Positions 41,713 to 55,534 of a DNA stretch of 64,000 nucleotides are shown here, in pieces; the first letter of the stretch is position 1, and every line of letters begins with the position of its first letter. This DNA comes from Chrysomallon squamiferum (taxonomy: Eukaryota > Animalia > Mollusca), in contig CM022673.1 in the NCBI GenBank assembly GCA_012295275.1, positions 3,162,001 through 3,226,000 on the forward strand, written 5' to 3'. Made by a program: the position numbers and the translations under genes. The notes beneath the pieces are model-generated. The model was not told where the DNA came from and did not search any database. It saw nothing but the letters and a program-made list of their open reading frames with translations.

Positions 41713-44234
41713 TTTAAAAAAAACAACAACAAAAAAACCCCAACAAAGTGAAACAAAGATATAATAAAATAAGCATTAATGAAAAAAGTGAAACAAATAA
41801 AAAGAAATCAAATAATAAAAGAACCTTAAAAGAAATTCCATTCATTCTTGAATAAACTCATTGCCATAGTGAACATGGAGATAACTGCCAGGAAATCATT
41901 TATATTAATCATTAATGTGTGCATGTTTTGCAGAAAATAGCATTGATTAGTTGCAATCAATTTGCCATCTGCTACAGATTGAACAAAAGTTTTTTTTTTT
42001 ATACTTTAACACAACTTCAAATTGCCATTATGTTTATTGATGTGTATTTTATATTGACAAATAGATTTCTTGTTGCAGTATATTTTTCTTATACACTTCT
42101 TTGAAGGAGTAAAAGAATATATATATAAAATAATAATAATAATAAAATATAAATACATATGTACCAAATCTTATTAATATCACATTATTGATATGATCTG
42201 GAATATTAATTTCATATTTAAATAACACTTTCATAAGCATGTCTTCCTAACTGTTCGTCTGTATCTCTGTCTGTACATCTTACATATATTTCTTTTAAAA
42301 ATGTATTTGGCAGTAGATTTAATTATTTTTGTTTAACAGTATAGTTATTTAATATATTTATTTATTTTATATGTAAGAACACAAGTTCATTTTCCATTTT
42401 AGTAAATGCTTGTTTACAAATACAAATATAAATAATCATAAAGCATTTAATGTTTTTAAATAAAAAAAAAAAAAAAAAAAAAAAAAGAAAAAAATGTAAA
42501 AAAAATAAATCTGTAAAAAAAAAAAATTTTAAATCTGGTAACTCATCTAAAACACCTGTCCTTTTATCCTTTTATTTCTTGTTTTTTGTTTTTTCCTTCA
42601 TTGTTTTGCTGTAAAATCATTGACTTGTTGGTGTGGAGTTATGTTGTATTAACCTTACAACTGCCTGTGTTATTTGGCAGTCTTCATTTTGCAGCTGAAT
42701 AAATAATTCACTCTGTATCTCTGAGTCTGACTACCAAGTTTCTTTTCACTTTTCACTTTCCTTCAGCAGTCAAAAAAAAAACACACACAAAGGTTAAGTG
42801 TCCACTATCAGTTTGATATTTTAAATATTTTAAAAATTAAAGATGAAATGAACCTTACTTATCTTCATTTTCATCATTATCTTGTTTTCCCCTTAACCTC
42901 AGTCTGAGTACATCACAGACCACTGATTTTTTACAATATTTAATATGTGTGCTATATTAAAAAAATTATAATTCATTTATTTTTACATTAAGAACAAATT
43001 TTGTTAATTAATTTGAAGTTTATCTGGGTTTTTTGTTATTTTTTTAGAATTTGGGTTTGTTATAGTTACTTACTTACATACCTGTATTTGTTTATTTATT
43101 TATTATTTCTATCTGTTACTTTTAATTGTTGATTTTTATTTTATTTTACTCTATAGGTATTTATTTATTTTCTCTTAAGAACATATTCATTTTCAGTTTT
43201 GATATGGCAATATATAAGCTTTTTCCTTTGCATGCAGACATTTTAGTGGCATATATGTGTATGTTTCTACATTTGTATGTTTATTTATTTATTTTTTTAT
43301 ATTTATTTATTTAATATTTCATTTAATAATTCAAGTTCTTCAGTTATCATTGATGTGTAATCACAGAAGAATGACGTTTAGAAATAGTGCAAATAAATTA
43401 TTTGATTTTATTGTTAATTAGATTTGAATACTTTCTGTAATCTAATTCATTAGTTTACTTTTTTTAGTGAAGTTTTATAGATAAACTTTACATAATATTT
43501 AGATACTTTTTAAACAGACTGATTTTATTTTTTGGTGTGTAGATTCTTGTGTTTTTATGTTTATTGATTTTAATAATTATTATTTCGATTTTTGTGATCT
43601 GTTGACTTTGTCATAATTATTTTATTTAGTATTTGTTAAATTATTTTATTAAATGAATTTAGTTATTTATATTTAAAAGAATTAGATTTTTTTTTTTTTT
43701 TTTTACATTAATTTGTTTCAGAGATTATGTATAAATATTTTGTTCTATATGATTTTAACTGGTCATGTGTGTATATATATATATGTATATTTATTTTTAA
43801 TATTACAATATTCATTTTTATTTTTAGTCATAATTGATTTTTAGAATCATTCGTTCATTATCATTATTATAATGTAGTCTTTTATATTTATTTATTTTTT
43901 GACACTTACGTTTTGTTGTTGATTTTCAACTTGTGCTACAGAGAATGCTCTGCGTGATAATGAACAGCATTAAAAGGTAATCTTGTTATTTGGGATTTCT
44001 CACCTGCCTACCTAACAAAGTGTAACTTGATGGCATCCATTATTAAAACATTAAACAGTTCATTGGTAAAGGTAGTTATATGGCAGCACAGTTAGTTAAT
44101 TCTTAAAATTAAAACAATGAAATCTTTTCTAAATATTTTTTTTATTATTATTTTCCACTTTTAAATAAATTTATTAAGAAGAAAAAATAATTTCAAAAAA
44201 ATATATATATATATATATAATATATATAAATATT

Positions 44235-44267
<33 letters not shown>

Positions 44268-46169
44268 CTATCTATCTGTGTGTGTTAGAGTGTATTTTAC
44301 AAAATATAAAAACAAAATATTTAAAATTTTCTAACTGAATGTAGTAAAAATAAAATTCATAAATAATAAAAGAAGGGTTTAATGTTTTACAGCTTAGATT
44401 TGAATGTAGGTAATACTTGTTAAAATATATTTAATTTTTTTTTTAAGAAAACCTGCAAAACATAATTACATAATTCCAAAAATTAATAATTTATATATTT
44501 TATATACTAGTATACAGAGAAAAAATGTATATTTTTGTATTGATCAAGTAATTATAATTTGTTTAAAAAAAATATTGAAGTGTTAAAAATGAAAAGCAAT
44601 AAGCTTTCAGAATATATAATTTACTTACTGAATTCTTAAAATATAAGAAATAGTTCATTTCAAATATATTAAGTAATTATTATTTTTTTTTTTAATAAAC
44701 TGAAAAATGGTTTTAAATGTTATATCTTAGTTTCTGAAATCTAGAAAATAATAAAATTTCAAACTGTTCAGTTATTATTATTATTATTTTTTTTTGTATT
44801 GCATAATTCTTTAATAATTAAAATAAAAAAATGTAGTGTATTTAAATTTGATAATATAATTATTCTAATACAAAATAATATTTTAAAGCTTTGAGACACA
44901 GAAAATAATATTATAAATATTATATCATTACTCCATCAGAATTCTTAAATATATAAAAGTTAATATTTGAAATTTTATAATGTAATGAGGGTTTTTTTGC
45001 TAGTTTTTTATATATAGAAAAACAGAAATTTTGAAAGATTATTTTGATATATTTAACACAGTTCATAAAATACACAAAATAGCACATTTCACATTTTATA
45101 TTTTCTGTTTTTGTTTTTTTAATAAATTGTAAAATGTTTGAAAACTAAAATATGAAATGGTTTCACTATGGAATTTATTAATTTATAAAGTATGAAAGAA
45201 ATAGTCAGTTTAAAATTTTGTAAAAACAAAATAATGAAAGGTTTATAATTTTATAGCTTACGTTTTTAAATGCTGAAAATAATATTTAAATTATACAAAT
45301 TTATTTAGGTACTGAGTGATTAAATATATATATATTTTTTATTACATAATCACATTTTTTTTTTTTAAATGCAAATTATAGATAGAGAAATTTGTAATTT
45401 TGTATGTTATTACTTTTCATAGCATAATTTCATGCATTTAAATTGTTCTTATAAAGTAGTCGATTTATATTTTTTTAGTACTTTTTGGTTGTCTTTGATA
45501 GAAGAATGTGTGGAATGTATTTAGTTCAGTTCATAGTTACACTTTGTTTTGTATGCAGATTTATATTAAATTATTTTTATTTTTGTAATGAGCAAATTTG
45601 CTGTAACTTCACTGTTTTAATTTTACGTTTTAACTTTAAACATTTTCTGTCATATTTAATGCATGAGTTTTTGGACAAATGGTTTTTGGTTTTTTGATTG
45701 GATATGTTTGGAAATAAGTGCTCTGAGCTGATTGATTTCTTTTTTTCCATTGGTTGAAATGTTGGCTTAAAATTATTTATGTTATATGCATATGCATGAT
45801 TATTAGTAATTTGTAGTGTATTAATATTTTTTTAAAGTTTTGTTTTTACTGGTGAAAATATGGTTATGGATACTATTTATTTAAGTCAGTTTCATTTCAA
45901 ATATTTATATAAAAATGCTTACAACAATTATATTTTAAACAAAACTGCTTAATTTTATTTAAATTTTTCATAATCACTTTTTAAAAAAGTAGTTTCTAGT
46001 ATTTTTGAAACAATTTATTATTTACATTAAAATTTGTTCTTATTTCACTTTCCTACACATGATACACTGTGTTTTATATTTGTTTTTGTTGCTGAAATTA
46101 GTTTTCATATTTTATCTTTGTATCTTACTTAGAAAAAACAGAAAACAAAGAAAGGTAATAACTGTTAAT

Positions 46170-46349
46170 GTAGCTCAGTCTGATCAGTGTGCAGCAGGTC
46201 ATTGGATTAATCCCTTTTGGTGAACAGATTGAGCAGTTTCTTATTCTAGCACATGCTCAGGCGAAAGTTTGTTATCTACTGTGTGTGGGATGGTGGAAAT
46301 AATAGATCACTTGTTGCTAATTGGAAAGATTCCCAAGAACAGGCCCATG
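46170..46349 (+). mobile_element. Decayed tRNA-derived SINE
   Basis: A-box-like GTAGCTCAGTC (46170), B-box-like GGATTAATCCC (46204). The body (tgtgggatggtg..ttgctaattggaaag..gcccatg) resembles the reverse complement of copies at about 14321, 10350, 6870 and 36510. Confidence 0.55.
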
Positions 46350-49324
46350 CAATGTTAGTAATAGACCCAGGAAGGATCGAAAAGTAGGCTCCCCCAATTT
46401 CAAACTTCTCATTAATTATTAAGCTAAATAGATATGTTTATGTATTGACATATGTGAGTACATGTAGTTAGCAGAACAAAATAAGAAAACTAGAGTGATG
46501 ATAATAATCTTTACAAAAGCATAAAATAAACAAAAACAGTTATTCTCTGTCTTTCCTTCATTCATTCACAATATGCAGACCTGTTACACAGCATTTCCAT
46601 ACAACCGTCAGTTTTATTAATCATTTGTTTTACTGATACACAACACATTCCTCTTTTGCTCCATCTATTTATTTATAGCATTTACTGCATAACAGTTCAC
46701 CAGTCTTTGACTGTGGATTAACTTAGCTGACAGAATTGAAATCTTTTTAATTTTTTTTATTTTATTTCTACATTTTCTGTTAGCATTTTTCTACTCATTC
46801 ATTTAACTTATACAGAAAGAAATTCTATTTTTATCTCAGAATAATATTTTTCTATACAACTAATATCAGTTTCGTCAGTAATTTGTTTGACTCATGAAAA
46901 ATGTTGTTCTTTTAAAAACAAATAAAATGTTTTATATGTTTCTGTTGATAGTATTTTCTGTTCAACACTATCAGTACCAAAGACTGCTGAGTATATATAT
47001 ATATTTTTTTTTTAGCAGCATTTACTATATTACTATCAGTTTTATCACAGACAGCAGGCTGATTTTATGGCATCCTTTAATAACATTTTCCACACAATGA
47101 CTATCAGCTTTTCACAACCGTTGGCTTGCTACTGATTTCTCTAATACTGAATTTTGAGGCTGCCTGTTCATTTCACTGATACAATCTGAGTCAGAAGTAA
47201 ATCACATCCATGAATACAGTTTAGTTAGATTCTGGAATCTTTTTTGTTTCCAAGTATGTCACTTTAGTGTGTGGGTGCCAGTCTGAGCAAATTTACAGTC
47301 GCTGGTACAGTGTAGTAAAAGTAATGACTCGATTCTGAAGCTGAAATAAGACCTCACTAGCCAAACTAATAATGTTAGAATGTGACCTTCAAAACTTTAT
47401 GAAAATATTCCTTTAGTTTGGAATGTTAGGGACACAAATAAATCATTTAAAAGAAATTAAATGCATCATTTATGCATAATACAATGCAGATCATCACACA
47501 CACACACATATATGTATGTATGTGTTTGTATATGTGTGTGTGTTTGTGTAGACACAGACAAAAAGACACCTTTACACAAAGACAGACATTAACAATTTAA
47601 AATTTATAACTTAAGCTGCTACAGTTTTGAAATTTGTTTTTACTGCTTTTTATTGATTATACACACATACACATACACATACAAAAATTTGTCAGTATAA
47701 TTTTAATATTTTTTTTACAAACCCTTTTTCAAAAATTTGATAATTGATAAGATTGTCCAAACTGTTTTTCATCTGTTTCTTTTTACTTTTTTTTTATCTA
47801 GTTATTGTTGTAAACATTTTTTATATTAAATGTAATCTAATATTGAATCACTGTATCTTAATCAATAAAAACATCATTATATTTTCTGCAGAGAATTCAA
47901 AATCTATATTTGTTTAAATTCTAACGTTTAATTTTTTTTAATCAGTGATACATTTTTTTGCTCTTCATAAAGAATTTAAAATTCATTTTCTTTTAAATTT
48001 TATCCTTTAATAAACATTTGTTATTCAGTAATAAGTGATAATTAAAACAGAAAAAACTCAAAACATCAAAAATACCCAACAACAAAAAAACTACACCATC
48101 AAAAAGAAAACAATGATTAAATTGATACTGGTAACAGTGACATTAATGAAAGTCTTAGTGTTTCTAAATATGAAAATTGCCACAGAACTTATTTGTAATA
48201 GAACTTTATATCTCTCCAGCATTTACTGAATAACAGAGATGTTATTCTTTGTACAAGAGAAAAACATTGTTCATCTAATGGTATGCATAGATCTGTAATA
48301 ATTTTAATTTATTTATTTCTTTACTTTTTTCTTTTTTTGAAAAATATATATAGTTTAAAATTGCTATAACATAAATGAACATTATTATTATTACAAATTA
48401 TTGCTACTATTATTATTACTACAAATTATTATTATTTATTATTATTATTATACTAATTTATTTTATTGTATTTAATTTAAATTTTATTTCAATTTTATTT
48501 TATATTTATATTTGTTTTATTTAATGTTACTATGTTATAGTTTAGCAATGAAGTTGTAGTTTTTATTTATTATTATTTGTAATGTAGTAGATATTTAATT
48601 TTATCTAGCTTATGATGTTGAAGTTTGTTTGTATAAGATGGTAGAAGAATTGCATGACTGGATATCTATACATGTTCTTAGTTACACAATCACAGATATA
48701 TATTCTACTATAAAAATTAGTTTAATTTATATTAATTTTATTTTGTTTTAAATATGAATATGTTACATGTATTTATTTGATTAGTATTTTATTCTATTTT
48801 AAGTTGTATCTACATTATTTTATTGTTTGTTAAATGTCTCTTCTTATTTAGATTTAATTTCATATTAAAAAATTTGTTTACTTTTTTAATATGTAATTCA
48901 TTGTATTTAATTTACATTTCACTTTAATGTTTAATTTTTTTTTTCTCATTTAAAATTAATTTAATTTTTATGTTTTAAAAGTATGACTCTTATTTAATAT
49001 GATTCAATTTATTTTTGGTTATTTTTGCACATATTAGTATTAGTTTATTTTATTTTTTAATATTTTTGAATTATTTTAAGTATATTTTATTGTGTTTTAC
49101 ATAACATAAATCAGTGTGTTTAATATTACACACACAATGTTTGTGTGGAAACACTCACAAAACTTTCACTTTAATAATATCACAGCTTAATTAAAATCAC
49201 CAGCATTTCAGCATTTCTACAACTGAAAAATAATTATTATTTTGAATCAAATAGATAATGTTTATTGTTAATGAAAATAAATACTTTATATTTAAAATTT
49301 ACCTGTGCATTAACTTGTAGTTTT

Positions 49325-49356
<32 letters not shown>

Positions 49357-49782
49357 TTTAAATAAATCGATTTCAAAACAAAATAAATTATTCAAAAATA
49401 ACAATTTGAGTACTAATTGCATTAATAATAAACCTTTAAAAAGTAGCTATTAGATTTAGAATATATATAATTTGTATAAATGTTCATAAATGTTTTTAAA
49501 TACAAATATGTATGTATTTGCATGTGTGTGTGTGTTTCTGTGTAAAATTTAGATATTTATCATTTAAAATTATGCCTAACATAATAAAACTATTTTTGAT
49601 TTTTAAATTTATATGTATACATGTATATATTTCAAGAGAGAAAATATAACTGTTTAATTTAAGATATTTATAATTTAAATGTACGATATTTAAAATCACG
49701 GAGAACATAAAAATATGTATTAATTATTTTACATATATATTTCAAGAGAGGAAATGTAACAATTTAATTTTCCTGTTTTCAG

Positions 49783-50921
49783 ACACCATTCCTGATGTGA
49801 CACCTCATTTCTTTCGACGAATGTCATCCACTGTGTCGTCTCCCATGCAGAGATCGCAGTCTGTACCTGACGCAACTTTCAGAAAGCTGTCATCAGGAAG
49901 CACAGCTAGCAGCACCGTCATGGACAACCGCCTGAAATTCCAGCCACAAAAAAGCCTCACCGAACTCATGAGATCGGCTGCTAAATTTGGTAAAGGCAGC
50001 TCGGTGATTGAAAGCAATGGCTCAATTATCATTATGAAAGGAGGAAAGATTGTTAGTGTTCGAAGTGAGAGCAGACTTTCTCCAAGAAGTCCAGTCATGA
50101 AACACGATCACAAGTTCATGGCTAACGGATGTTCCAAAAATTCACCGAAAATAAATGGCAATCACGTGGAGTTAGCTCCCTTGGTGTTGAAAGGAAGTGA
50201 TAAGCAGTTACCTCCCTTGATGCACAATGACAGTGACATTGAGTTAGCTCCCTTGATAAGCAAAGGCTGTGATACGAACTCGGAGAACAGGGCATCGAGT
50301 GGGAGTGACGAAGTGTTTGATAAAACTTGTAAAGAGGACAGTATTGATAATAAAATTAAATCAGAACAATTAGCTACATCCAAATGTCCATATTCACTAA
50401 GCACAGAACACAAAAACACTAATACAGATCTTGAACAAAATCCCACTAACGGTGATAGAACAGAAACAGACTCCCCAGTACCTGACGTTCAGTGCTGTAA
50501 TGGAGATAAAAATTGTGCATCTGATGGTGAAAGCTGTTGTCAGACTAAAACCGACTGCGGTATCATAATCAACATCGACGAGGACAACAGCGTGCTTAGT
50601 GTAATGCCACTGACACCTCACATTAAACATAAAATAGCCACAAGTGATTTATTTCTGTCCAGAGACGAAAAAAATACATTCAGAAAAAAATCAGCTGCAA
50701 AGAGTACAGAGAACATATTCAGGCCTCCATTCATGCGGTTGCCTTCTGTGGAACACCTTGACCTTCCAGTATCATTGGCAAGGTCAGTCAGTGACACCAA
50801 TGTCAGATTTGTTAGGCAATCACCTTTATTAAAACCCAGAAGATACACATTTGGTAAAATTGAAAGTCAGATGAGTAATGAGCAATTGGTAAAACCCTGT
50901 GACGATAGTACTAATCTGTGA
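49783..50921 (+). CDS. Same GPCR, terminal exon encoding a long Ser-rich disordered C-tail
   Basis: Acceptor ttttcctgttttcag|AC at 49783. Phase 1 joins exon 2 (G+AC=Asp) into the frame of the 374-aa ORF, ending TGA 50919-50921. Total CDS 2178 nt (725 aa). Confidence 0.85.
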
Positions 50922-51761
50922 TTCATGTAAACTGTTGCTAAGGTTTTTTTAATGTGTGTTTTTTCCTTCTGTTGTTGTTGTTGCCAAATAGATCTTTGTT
51001 GCTCATTTAGATTAGAGAAACCATTTACCCGGATTTTATTTTTCTTTAATATTTAAGTATTTAGAATGTTATTTTCTTTGTCTGTCATGTCCCTATAAAA
51101 TAATAAAAATAAAAATAAAAAAAACATTTAAAATTAAAATAAATAAAGAATAAATAAAATAAAAAATGTTTTAGGCTGGGCATTTGGAAAAAATCAATCC
51201 TATAAACCCATTGCTTATTTTAACATGGCCTACCATTTGTCTCTTATTATGGATAAAATGTTTTTATTTATATTAGAATTATTTTTTTAAACATAACAGA
51301 ATAAGTTAAAAATGGAATATGATACACCAACTAATATCTTTACAAATGAACAAGATTTCCAAACTATTTTTACATAATTATTTTATAATATTATCTAGCC
51401 TAGTGTTACCATCGCTAGGGTAGAAAAATGTCACCTAATGTCATTACTGAATCATAATTATCTCTATTGTGTAATAGTGTTCATATGCCTAAAAATAACT
51501 TTATCATGACTCAGGCACTTTACAAGTCACGCTATTCAGAGATAAAAATCCTGACTCCACAGAAATTTATCTTCATGTATATCTCAGTTGTCACTAATTA
51601 AATAGTGTTGATGTGTATGTAGTCTTTCAGATATTATCTGGTCAACTGGTTTGTGTGTTTTTTTCAGTTCATCTATTAATAGAATTAATGTTTGTGATAG
51701 AGTTTGAAATTAACTATAGAATATTCTCTCACTAAAATAATGAACAAAGGATAATGTTATT

Positions 51762-51817
<56 letters not shown>

Positions 51818-52981
51818 TATGGCCATGAAAGGAACTAAATACATAATAAATTTCATCTGACTGCCTCTTCACCTGAATATATACATTCTTTATAACTTAC
51901 ATATTCAGAACAATGACATCACTTTAATACTCAAGAACAAATTTTTAAAAATATCTCCTGACATTCAATCCAATATCAAGTATTCACTCAGGATGTTGAT
52001 GTTAAAACTATTAAATTTGAGCAAATATTAAATCAAATGTTAAAATAATCCAGTTGAGTTTCGACATTTTATTGTGCACTGAATAAACAAGTGCAGTGTG
52101 CATGTAACTGTAGATCTAAGAAAAACTGTTAAAAATTTGAATGTTTAATTAAACATGACACTGGATGGTAATTTATTTGTAGCACAAATTTCTGTTTACT
52201 GTATTTTATGTATGTCATTGTGTATGAATGAAATTTGTCTTTTAGTATTTTAATGTTGTTGTTTATCAAATAGTGTAAAAATCTGTTATAACTTGGTGCT
52301 GTTAAATAAAAGTATTGTTTCTGTTCAGCCTAATTTGTTTCTGTTGTTAGTTTCTAACACACACACACACATTATACACATGAATGTATGTTTGTACATT
52401 ATATTTATAGAGAGAGAGAGGGAGTAAATGAATAATAATTGATATAAATGGTGAAGTTCCAGGATCAATCCTCCTTTGTGCCCCTTTTAGGCAATTTCTG
52501 AATCCAGTCAGTGTATCTGATTTATCAAATGTTATAGGTATATATATATTTCATTTTCTCCTGTCTATGGACAGGTCTATATGAAACATTCTTTACAACT
52601 AACTAGTAAGAGTAGTCCATGCAGTCACAACAGATGATTTTCTCTGTCACAATCAAAACATTTAAAATATCCTAATTTTGAAATAACAAAAAATGTGTCT
52701 AGGATTGTGAAACTACTAACACTAAAATCTGATTAAGGATGGTAATTTCTTTTAGACAGCAGATTAAGACAAATGTTTCTTTAAAGATTTTTTATTTCCT
52801 TTAATAAATACAAAACAAAATACTCAGATAATCAATATTTTCCACATATTTACTGTTTACTGTTAAATTCTATAAATATTTATAACAAAACAATATTGCT
52901 GAAATTTAAATACAAATATATTTTTTTCAATACAAGTAAGTTTGTTGGAAATCTTTTCCTTTCTGTTAAAATTTGATATAA

Positions 52982-53892
52982 TTAATGTTTCAACTTCCTA
53001 TCATCTCTGTGTCTGTCTCTCCTTCTGTCAGATCTGTCATGTGACCTGCTCCTTTTTCTCTCATGTCTTCTTTCCACCTCTGGTGAAGAAGAGTCTCGAT
53101 TTCTGGGCTTTTCTTTTTTCAATTTCCCTTCATCAGGTGAAGAACTATCACTGTCACTACTTGTTATGTTCTTTTTCTTAATCTTCTTTTCTGATACACT
53201 GCTGTTATTCTTTTTTCTGACAGGAGAACTGTCACTATCACTGTCACTGTCACTACTTGAAACATGTTTTTTCTTTCTGTTCTGTTGTTTTTTATTAACT
53301 TTCTTAGATCCACGTCTGACAGGGGAATCATCGCTGTCACTGTCACTGTCACTACTTGTTCCATGCTCTTTTTTCACTTCCTGTCTTTCACTTTTGATCT
53401 TCTTTCTGTCCACACTTCTCTCTCTCTTTGGAGAAACTTCGTGTCTGTGGCATTTTCTTTCTCCTGCATCACCCCTGTCTCTTTCCATCCTATACTCATC
53501 CCTTCTGTCTTTCCTTGGATCTGGTTCATTCCTCCATCTTTCTCTTCTTTCGTCCCTTCCATTCTCTCTCCTAAAAGGTTCAGTCCCATCTTTTCTTTTT
53601 TCTTCTCTCATTCCATAATCATCTCTTCTGCCATCTCTCATTCTGGACTCATCATCTCTTCTATCTTCTCTCTTTCCAGAGATATCTCTCCTTTCTTCTC
53701 TCATTCTGTAATTATCCCTTCTGTCTTCTCTCATTCCAGAGTCATTTTTCTTTTCTTCTCTCCATCTCTGGTTTTCAGGGGTGTCATGTGTCGAATGGTG
53801 TCTCTTTCTGTCTCTTGATTCATGTCTTCTCTCTCTAATGTCCCTGTCACTGGAACCACTCCTCCTAGATTTTCTTTCTTTCCTTTCTTCTT
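52982..53892 (-). CDS. CIR1: CIR1 exon 9 (terminal, R/D/E/S/K low-complexity tail)
   Basis: Acceptor ttgcag| at 53892, in frame with the 250-aa ORF 52982-53734. Total CDS 1662 nt (553 aa). Confidence 0.88.
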
Positions 53893-54336
53893 CTGCAAGC
53901 AGAAAGATAATATTTTAGCCAACATTCTATCTAAAAAGCTACATTACTGTTCATTTAAAAAGGAGTAAAAAGTAATACCAATTAATTTTCTGTGATTAGA
54001 TGTCAAACATGGAGTATTTCTCATCTGTTTAAATTTCTACTTAAAAAAAAGCAGATTTATGTGAAAATCAGCAAATAAAACTGTTCAAATATTAACAGTG
54101 ATTCTGTGAACAAAAACATTTTTCAGTATTACTTATCAAGTTTTTGTATATACTTCAATATGAGAAATAACATCATAGGAAGCAAGAGAAAAATATTAGC
54201 AAAAACTGGTATCATAAAAAAAAAATTTTAAAATCCCCAACAACAAACCTGCCAAAAAAAAAAAAAAAAATTAAATTAAATAAATACAATAAAATAATTT
54301 TTGTTTTTTTAAAATGAACTTAATAAAAATGCTGAC

Positions 54337-54437
54337 CAGAAGAGGATTCACTGTCAGAATTCTTGCTTCGAGATTTCTTTCCTTTCTTCTTGTTTTTCTT
54401 ATTCTTCTTCTTTCCTTTCTGAAGCTTATTCAGCCTT
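54337..54437 (-). CDS. CIR1: CIR1 exon 8 (Lys-rich)
   Basis: RLNKLQKGKKKNKKNKKKGKKSRSKNSDSESSS; phases 2->1 fit both neighbouring exons. Confidence 0.85.
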
Positions 54438-54997
54438 CTGAAATGCCCAATTATAAAACCTAATTTTAAAAAATGTGCTCATATAAATTTATACATAAGT
54501 TAGTACATATATTTAACAAACAAACAAACAAAAAATAAAAAAAAAATAAATAAAATGTTATAAATCTACAATAATTATGTTTTTGCTTCACTGTCTCTCT
54601 TGAAGGTTTTCATTTTTACAAATTAAAGAAATATTAGTTATTAGTTGCATTTAAAATGTTGCATGAAATATAACATATATTCCAGACTGAAAGGGCAAAA
54701 TAATGAAGAAATAGTTAATACAAAATTAATTATATATTTTTTTTTTTAAAAAGCAATATGAAATATTTAAATTTAACTCACATGAAAAAAAAAAATAAAT
54801 ATATATATACCTTTTAACACAGAAAAGGTAATTTCAAAGTTTAATAATGGATTATTAAAAATCTATTATTGAAAATAGTGGAAAAAAAAACATCCACAGT
54901 ACTTTAAATATTAAAACTGTTAAAAGATAAAACAAACAAGACCTTGTTGATAATACTGAATAGAAAAAGACCAAATGAAAAGGGAATTCAGTCTTAC

Positions 54998-55080
54998 TTC
55001 ATAAGTTTTTTCTTCTGTGCTGGAGTAAGAGATTTCAGGAACTGAACTTCAGGATCATCGTCATCTTCACTGTTTGACAT
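54998..55080 (-). CDS. CIR1: CIR1 exon 7
   Basis: MSNSEDDDDPEVQFLKSLTPAQKKKLM (conserved DPE..FL.SL...QKK.L); |GTAAG donor. Confidence 0.9.
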
Positions 55081-55430
55081 CTAAACATAATAAATATAAA
55101 CAATCAGTTTACATGTTCTTACACTACTATCCATGCAATATCAACATCATTATACCAGTCTAAGAGTGTGAATGCAATGTTACTGATAAAAATCAGAAAT
55201 AAATTAGCAAGTAATTGAATTTATATTAACAATTTTTGTAATAAATACACCAATATTGTTAGACATATATTTATTTGTGTATTTGTGAATAAATATGTCT
55301 GTGTATTTGCATACTATATATATATTATATATATATATATATATCATACTCAAATACAGGTACACATGGAGACAATTATGCACAAACACACAGTTTTAAT
55401 GATGGAAAATAAACATCTGATAGAACATAC

Positions 55431-55534
55431 TGCTTTTCCTCCACTTGTTTCCATCAGTTTTCCCAAAACACTGTCTTTAAATCTGAAACCTTCTTCTCTC
55501 AGCCCTTCCACAAGAGATGAGGTACTATTCTCAG
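55431..55534 (-). CDS. CIR1: CIR1 exon 6
   Basis: (P)ENSTSSLVEGLREEGFRFKDSVLGKLMETSGGKA; ccag| acceptor, |GTATGT donor, phase 1->0. Confidence 0.85.

Noticed and set aside
41934-42705. Other acceptors in the long intron (41934 ENSID*, about 42695 AE*)
   Set aside because: They stop within a few codons and are indistinguishable from chance.
46170-46215. tRNA gene
   Set aside because: Only degenerate A/B boxes, no cloverleaf, and it continues into a SINE-like body.
49797-50921. Stand-alone 374-aa gene
   Set aside because: It starts at GTG just after a strong acceptor whose phase matches GPCR exon 2, so it is better explained as the terminal exon.
53166-53818. Plus-strand 150-aa and 184-aa S/L/F-rich ORFs
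   Set aside because: Antisense shadows of the purine-rich CIR1 last exon.
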